Shown: positions 63,454 through 64,000 of the stretch, in pieces | How positions within the stretch are numbered: the first letter of the stretch is position 1 | Layout of the letters: the number at the start of each line of letters is the position of its first letter | Source: a virus | Taxonomy: Duplodnaviria; Heunggongvirae; Uroviricota; Caudoviricetes | IMG/VR virus record: IMGVR_UViG_3300025853_000035 | Location: 1-64,000 of that record | Length of the DNA: 64,000 nt | Strand: one strand, 5' to 3' | Position numbers and translations under genes: made by a program | Notes under the pieces: generated by a model | The model's database searches: none | Told to the model about the DNA's origin: nothing | The model's input: the letters and a program-made list of their open reading frames with translations, nothing else

Positions 63454-63540
63454 TGGTGCGGTTCCCCGGACTTGAACCGGGACGGCCTTTCGGCCACTGA
63501 GGTTTGAATCCAGCGCGTCTACCAATTCCGCCAGAACCGC
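63454..63540 (-). tRNA. tRNA-Leu (CAA)
   Basis: Leu-type D-arm GGCGGAATTGGTAGACGC, loop TTCAAAC, long variable arm, T-arm CCCGGTTCAAGTCCGGG, CCA. Confidence 0.65.
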
Positions 63541-63548
63541 ATTGATCT

Positions 63549-63634
63549 TGGTGCCCTAGGCAGGACTTGAACCTGCACGACCTTTCGGCCCACGGCCTCT
63601 CATGCCGCTATGTCTACCGTTCCATCACAAGGGC
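63549..63634 (-). tRNA. tRNA-Leu (GAG)
   Basis: Leu-type D-arm GATGGAACGGTAGAC, anticodon stem GCGGC/GCCGT, loop ATGAGAG, long variable arm, T-arm GCAGGTTCAAGTCCTGC, CCA. Confidence 0.6.
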
Positions 63635-63646
63635 GTGATTGTAATC

Positions 63647-63730
63647 TGGTGCGCCTCCCCGGACTTGAACCGGGACGAGTTTCCCCCACGGCTTCTGAGG
63701 CCGCTACGTCTGCCATTCCGCCAGAGGCGC
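63647..63730 (-). tRNA. tRNA-Leu (CAG)
   Basis: Acceptor GCGCCTC/GAGGCGC, D-arm GGCGGAATGGCAGACG, loop CTCAGAA, T-arm CCCGGTTCAAGTCCGGG, CCA. Confidence 0.65.
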
Positions 63731-63736
63731 GTTAAC

Positions 63737-63823
63737 TGGTGGGTAGGTGAGGTATCGATCCTCCCCCTCTTGCGAGGCGCGGTGTTACAGACCGCCTGCC
63801 GGAGCCACCGGCTTTACCTACCC
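63737..63823 (-). tRNA. tRNA-Tyr (GTA), class II
   Basis: Acceptor GGGTAGG/CCTACCC, anticodon stem GCGGT/ACCGC, loop CTGTAAC, long variable arm, unusual T-loop ATCGATA, CCA. Confidence 0.55.
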
Positions 63824-63891
63824 GTGAAAATTGAAAACAAAAAAGCGCCAAGAGCCAGTGGCTCATGACGCTGTGAAAAATCGCGATGGGG

Positions 63892-63978
63892 TGGAGGAGG
63901 GTAGAGGAATCGAACCCCTAGGTCTCTCAACACTAGCCCGGTTTTCGAGACCGGTTTGCACCCTGTGCGCTACCCTCC
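63892..63978 (-). tRNA. tRNA-Ser (CGA), class II
   Basis: Acceptor GGAGGGT/ACCCTCC, anticodon stem CCGGT/ACCGG, loop CTCGAAA, long variable arm, T-arm AGGGGTTCGATTCCTCT, CCA. Confidence 0.55.
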
Positions 63979-64000
63979 GTATCCGGGGAGCGGCGCGTCA

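Noticed and set aside
63602-63868. 88-aa plus-strand ORF
   Set aside because: It lies across three tRNA genes on the opposite strand.

Overview
This window reads as most of a high-GC temperate phage genome, probably of an alphaproteobacterial host, in its non-integrated form. The host inference rests on the ~63% GC content and on a tRNA-His without an encoded G-1. An intact attP lies next to a P4-type tyrosine integrase: a 3' tRNA fragment flanked on both sides by GTAGGTCAG arm repeats. Gene order from left to right: (1) a minus-strand block (1-8.1 kb) of small acidic proteins, each with its own copy of a conserved promoter/leader, then a ~1.5-kb multi-family repeat region, then terminase large and small subunits and a RuvC-like resolvase. 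(2) An AT-rich tract with CATCACGCC iterons next to an AT-hook protein. (3) A 30-kb plus-strand block of small early/middle genes driven by at least 14 copies of a sigma70-like promoter with a conserved leader (TTGACC-N17-TAnnnn ... GGAGACAGAC-ATG). Identifiable products there are a (p)ppGpp hydrolase (SAH), a SPFH lipoprotein, a 5'-deoxyribonucleotidase, a thioredoxin-like protein, a DUF1937/NDT-like protein, HNH and GIY-YIG homing endonucleases, a BCS1-like AAA ATPase and a DEDDh exonuclease. (4) Integrase and AlpA-like excisionase, then an acidic protein, a DUF2958 protein and an NAD+ salvage pair (bifunctional NMNAT-Nudix plus NadV). (5) A minus-strand block: an XRE/Zn-ribbon/membrane-protein cassette bounded by terminators, RtcB RNA ligase, a P4/D5-type primase-helicase, an HslV-like Ntn protease, a tmRNA-like noncoding region carrying a tag reading frame, a ParB-like protein, tail-fibre genes and an array of 12 tRNA genes. 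The most interesting candidates are the phage-borne tmRNA-like gene beside the protease, RtcB and the tRNA array (a translation and RNA-repair module), the repeated promoter family, and the complex repeat arrays beside the terminase.
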